55,582 nt of DNA from Obrimoposthia wandeli. Taxonomy: Eukaryota. The first letter of the stretch is position 1, and every line of letters begins with the position of its first letter. The notes under the pieces were generated by a model. The model did not search any database. It was not told the origin of the DNA and worked only from the letters and a program-made list of their open reading frames with translations. Below, piece after piece: positions 50,904-55,582 of this stretch. Location: assembly GCA_977020255.1 (NCBI GenBank), contig CDROCS010000229.1, forward strand, positions 62,001-117,582, in the 5' to 3' direction. The position numbers were made by a program, and so were the translations under genes.

Positions 50904-53655
50904 ATCGTACAACCTGGAATCCGAAGACAACAACACTGGGTACTTCACGAGAAGCAAATCAACGGACGACAGAGGACAACCTCATAGAAATCGATCAATA
51001 TTGAACAAGGTTACAAGACCCGGCATTGGATAAAATACTCCAGCTATTGCATGGCATGGACATGTCCGACGTTTACCGGAGTGACGTTCGAAAATATATA
51101 ATTTATTTAATAAATAGTTTAATTTTAAATTCTAATAACAACTAAAGTAAATGTCAAAATAATTTTCAAGAAAACATCATGTTATATCAATTATCAGACA
51201 TTTTCTATAAATATAATCTTAAATTGAATCAAAAAATAATCTTTCAATAATTTTAGAAATGGCTTTTGATGGCGTTCACATGTTATGAACAATATAATGT
51301 ATTTATGTATGAAAAGTAAACTATTTAGTTCAGAAGGATTTTTATAGGTTAGATTACAGATTTAATATTATATGAAAAGTTTAATATTAAATTATTAATG
51401 TTTGCTAATATATTATATATTTTATTTATAATAAATGTTGTTTTAACTGCTTATTTGTATCTCAATTTTTGTTTTAAAAATAATTAAATTATACAAATAA
51501 TTTTGATTAACAATTGTTACATTTTTATTCTAAATATTTTAAAATATGTCAACTTTAATAAATTAAAATAAAATAATATTCATATGATAATCGATTTTTT
51601 GGTCTTAATATTAATATGACCGATTTCACATCAAAAGGTTGTCAGTGAAAACTCGAGTCCTTGTTGGTATAAATGTTCAACCTCAGCAGTTTTTTAAAAT
51701 TCTTAAAATTTGTATTTGAAATAAAACAATAAAAAATAAATAACCCTCACATGATATATATAATTTTGTAATACATAAATTGTATTTTTGGATATTTAAG
51801 AGGAGATGAATTAAACAACTCATGGATTTAGAAAATTTAACAACTAAGCAAAGAAAATATCTTTTTTATTAAAACTTTTTTTTTTCTTTTATTTACATAT
51901 TTTAGTAATTTTTGAATTTTTATCCTATTTTATTTAATTTCATAACTCTACTGACGATTAAACATTATGTGTAAGATGATTACTATTATTATTCATTTGA
52001 GAATTGCATCTCAAAAAGTATTTTATCAAAAATAAATTCATCAAAAAATCTTATATTTCTTCTATTTTCTATAAAAGGAATAAGCATGTTTTGTTTTCAA
52101 TGATTTAATTAAGATGATTATTTTAAGTTAGTGATATTGAAGCTCAAAATATTGAAAATGCTTATGAATCAAAGATTTAAAAAATCTATTCTTATTATTG
52201 TTTAAAAATTATAAATAACAATGATTCAACAATAATTTTTGTCTTTTCTTTTAGTTGTAAGTCCATTCATTTATATATTAGAGTAAATTGTATTGCAACT
52301 AAACTAATACGATATTTTACTTTCAATTAGACATTAGTTTAATACATGTATATGATTTCCAAATCCTTATGAGTCATTTTTAAATCATAGCACCTTTTTT
52401 TATTCAATGTGTTTTAATTTATTTTTCTCAAAACCTTATTTTGTATATATTTTTAATGATTTGTAATATACCAATAAGGTGAATTCATACAAAGAAAATG
52501 AGAGGACAATAAAAAAATCACATTTTATAAAACTTAACTTAAAATGTCAGAGAAAAAGGGTAAAAACTGAAACACTTTTTTCATTATAATATTGTAATCT
52601 TATTTATAATTTCTTTTAATGATAAATTTCATTCAGTACTTAAACACTCCATCACAGTTTATAGAAAAATACTGATATTATACTTTTACTTTTGGATCTA
52701 TTGTAAATGTAAGATATTTATTTTAAATGTTTTTTATTCAAATTAATGTTTTGCATTAAAATAAATTTTTCTATATTTTAATAAATCTCATTTTGTTTAA
52801 TCTTTGAAAATTAGTATTAATTTCAATAAGATATTTAACTAAATATAAAACTGTTTCATTTGATGATGGTCAGTAAACATCAGTTACCAAAATACATAGG
52901 TATGAAGTTGTTTACTATTTTCATAAAAAACAGTCATATAAAACAAATAATACTTCAAAATTGTTATATTTTTTTATTTCAATGTTAAGGAAAATTGAGA
53001 AATTGAAAATAAAATAAAATGTAACGTTACTTACTCAGTACTTATCATGTCACTTTTAATTAAATAAACAGATTTATCAATTACATATATTAAGAAATTG
53101 ACATATTGTGGAGAAAATATTATCATAACTACTCAGATGTTTTATGCATTATATGTAGATTTTTGTATTTTATGAAATCGTAGTTTATCATTTATTCTCT
53201 TTGTCAGCTACTCCTCATATCAAATAAACAGAAAAAATATGACTTTATTTGGCTTACAATTCAAACTGAGACATGATAATTGGGACCAGGCAGTGAAGAT
53301 AATTTATTTTGATAGATTTTTATAAAAATTATGAAGCCTAAACTGATGTGATGAAGATTTCTACACAAATATTTTATTTCAAATTCAACATTAAATGATT
53401 ATAATGGATTTATGGGATGAAACACCTAACACTGACTTAAATTTAAATAAGTTAGTAACAAAGCCGTACTCTTAAAAGTGCTAGGATTGTTTAAAAAAAC
53501 AAATCTAGGATTTGATTTCTATTGTATCTTTAATTATCTTTATATTATTAATTCAAAATTTATTTTTGCTGGTTTATTATTTAAATTAATCGTTTTATAT
53601 TTTAGACTTTTAAAATTTCTTATTAATATATTTTTTATCATAAAAAATATAAATA

Positions 53656-54570
53656 TGTTGGGTTTAGAATTTAATAAATTAGTCAATTTAAATTGACATT
53701 TAAAAAATTAATCTAAAGTGCCCACAATTAGGGAGAAATTCCATTTTAGCCTCCGACGGGGTAAAACCCCCGTTTCGCCCTACCGAGCTCATCAGGGAGG
53801 CGGCAGAACAAATGCATAAAAGAGAAAAGATAAGGAAGTACCTTTAGTTGAAAATTACCGCCCAGTAGCAGCGGTCTATCATCTCAGCCTTACTCCATCA
53901 TCATCCGGAGAAGGCATCAGCTTCATCATCGTCAACATCATCATCAACATCATGTGCGCACCATCTCAACTACAGCAGTGGCTGTAGTGACAGCAGCATC
54001 AATCGATCGTGTGATGTTGACTTGCTTCCATGTAGCTGTCTCGCTGTGGATTTTTTTTGTTTCGCATTTCAGCGAATGTGAATGTGTGCACGCTTTGCAC
54101 CGTTTCCCTCAGCTGCACATGTGTGTGGGCCGTGGATTATCGGTTTTCCCCATCTTCCCAAATTCTCTCTATCAGAGAAAATCACTCGGCCACACACTCA
54201 CCTGCCCAGTCCCCGCCTGTCTGTGCTAGACCTCCGAATCGTGACCTTATCTCGCTGGCATAGTTTCCGGCTGCATTTAACAGTACAGTCGTCTCCCAAT
54301 GGGTTTGGAGTTATCTCTGGACATGACGTCCTACTCGATCGGTTCCAGTGTATTAACAAATCCAGATCAGCAACAACTTCCAATAATGCCTGACACAATT
54401 ATTATCATATCTGACCCATTCAGCGTTGCCCTGACAAATCGATTTTACAATGTGTGTGTCTCTCTTTCTCGCTGGAATTCTGGATTGCCTGTGTTGTGTC
54501 TGCACTTGTACATTTTTATATATGCCACTGCCACAATAATTATGATCACAAAAAAAGAAAAAAGTTTATT
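53656..54570 (-). mobile_element. LTR-like hammerhead-bearing module 2
   Basis: Ends (minus strand) in AAACCCAACA at 53656 and shares the hammerhead and ~100 nt downstream with module 1. The far boundary is uncertain. Confidence 0.5.
53749..53801 (-). ncRNA. Type I hammerhead ribozyme
   Basis: Stem I GCCUCC/GGAGGC, core CUGAUGA, stem II GCUC-GGUA-GGGC, GAAA, stem III CGGGG-GUUUUA-CCCCG. Predicted GUC cleavage between 53755 and 53754. Confidence 0.93.
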
Positions 54571-54619
54571 TTGGATTTTGTACATTGCGTTTGGATCAAT
54601 TTGAGGAAAATATATATTG

Positions 54620-54770
54620 GAATCTATTTTTAAATCTATAAGAAATTTACAAGAAATCTACAAAAAGAATTTACTTTTCATTTATAACAATTTTAGAATC
54701 TATTTTAAATCTACAAGAAATTTACAAGAAATCTACAAAAAAAGAATTTATATTTCATTTATTAACAAAT
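54620..54770. repeat. ~75-bp tandem duplication
   Basis: GAATCTATTTT…AAGAAATTTACAAGAAATCTACAAAAA…GAATTTA occurs twice. Confidence 0.8.
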
Positions 54771-55582
54771 ATCAAACTTAAAAGTTTTCTGTAATTTAGT
54801 AAAATTACACTTTAAAAATATTCTTTTAAAATGAATTCTAAAGATATAATTATACTATTAACGATGGTTAGAATTGAACATCAACCGATAAGAATATATT
54901 ATTGTATATTAAACAATTATGAAATAAAATGATAATAGCAATTATATATTTAATATACGAATATTATATTTTAAATTTATGAATTATTATACATAATCAA
55001 AATAGTAAAATTTATTAATAAAGACTTTTAAAATTGAATTTAAATTGCTAGTCTAAATAACTTATAGGCGTTATAAATATTGAGATAATTGCTTAATTTT
55101 AATTAAAGATAGACGCCTTTATGAATAATAAAATCATGCAAAATGTGTAAGTGGCTTTTCAAAATTAATAAAACATGTTTATAAAATATTTATTCAACAA
55201 ATTATTTCTGTTTGTGAAAAAATAAGATATTTAAAATTCTATATTTTTAACGAGTTTCAGATGATGCCCGGACGTTTCGAACACGGACGTTAGGAATTCC
55301 TACGTGTACTACTGATCTTCTTTAAAAGTAGGACGTTTCGGTCTTTTCAGATTTTGTTAGAAATTGGTGTCCATTCTAATAGTTTTTAAGTCAATTTAAA
55401 AGAAAAAGTTAGTTTTCAAAAAATTTAAATGTGATTCAATATAAAAATAAGATTTGAGTCAAAATTGAAAATTTCATTTTTTATACAACTAAAAGTAACT
55501 CAAATATATTTTTTAAAATTAACTATTTCTTATAAATTGACTCAAATCTATTTTCATCATTTTAAATTGACTCCAATCTAAT

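Larger units (their letters stand above)
49479..51663. mobile_element. 2185-bp non-autonomous TIR element containing hammerhead module 1
   Basis: TIRs CA(A)GGACTCGAGTTTTCACTG at both ends, with TSD TTGGTAT (49472-49478 and 51664-51670). P- or hAT-like; superfamily undetermined. Confidence 0.8.

Noticed and set aside
50357-54604. Overlapping ORFs in the GC-richer ribozyme modules
   Set aside because: Several frames are open on both strands, there are no domains, the sequence is rich in microsatellites, and the two modules do not conserve a peptide.
55265-55352. Repeated GGACGTTTCG (reverse CGAAACGTCC) as a minimal hammerhead
   Set aside because: The upstream core reads CUGAAAA rather than CUGANGA and there is no stem II. 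It is more likely a subterminal repeat of a DNA transposon.

Overview
Very AT-rich eukaryotic DNA, probably an invertebrate (short 42-83 nt GT-AG introns, no prokaryotic genes). The window is almost entirely nested, decayed mobile elements and contains no intact host gene. Two things stand out. (1) A Polinton/Maverick family is present in three pieces. The first is a decayed coding copy (~14.9-24.26 kb) with a pPolB fragment, an exonuclease-like gene and spliced accessory genes. The second is an integrase/minor-capsid/small-protein block (24.26-25.77 kb). The third is a complete non-coding 7.4-kb derivative (33695-41107) with a 6-bp TSD, AGT termini and ~1.18-kb TIRs. Each of its ends carries a ~220-230-bp palindrome, and its interior is filled by two satellites, one with higher-order structure. 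(2) Two diverged, convergently oriented, structurally intact type I hammerhead ribozymes (50753-50802 +, 53749-53801 -) sit in homologous LTR-like modules that both end in AACCCAACA. The remainder is two Gypsy remnants, a BEL/Pao remnant interrupted by a MITE, pogo/Tigger and hAT-like DNA transposons, LINE fragments and two tRNA-derived SINE-like copies. All family assignments come from motif recognition by eye; no database search was run.
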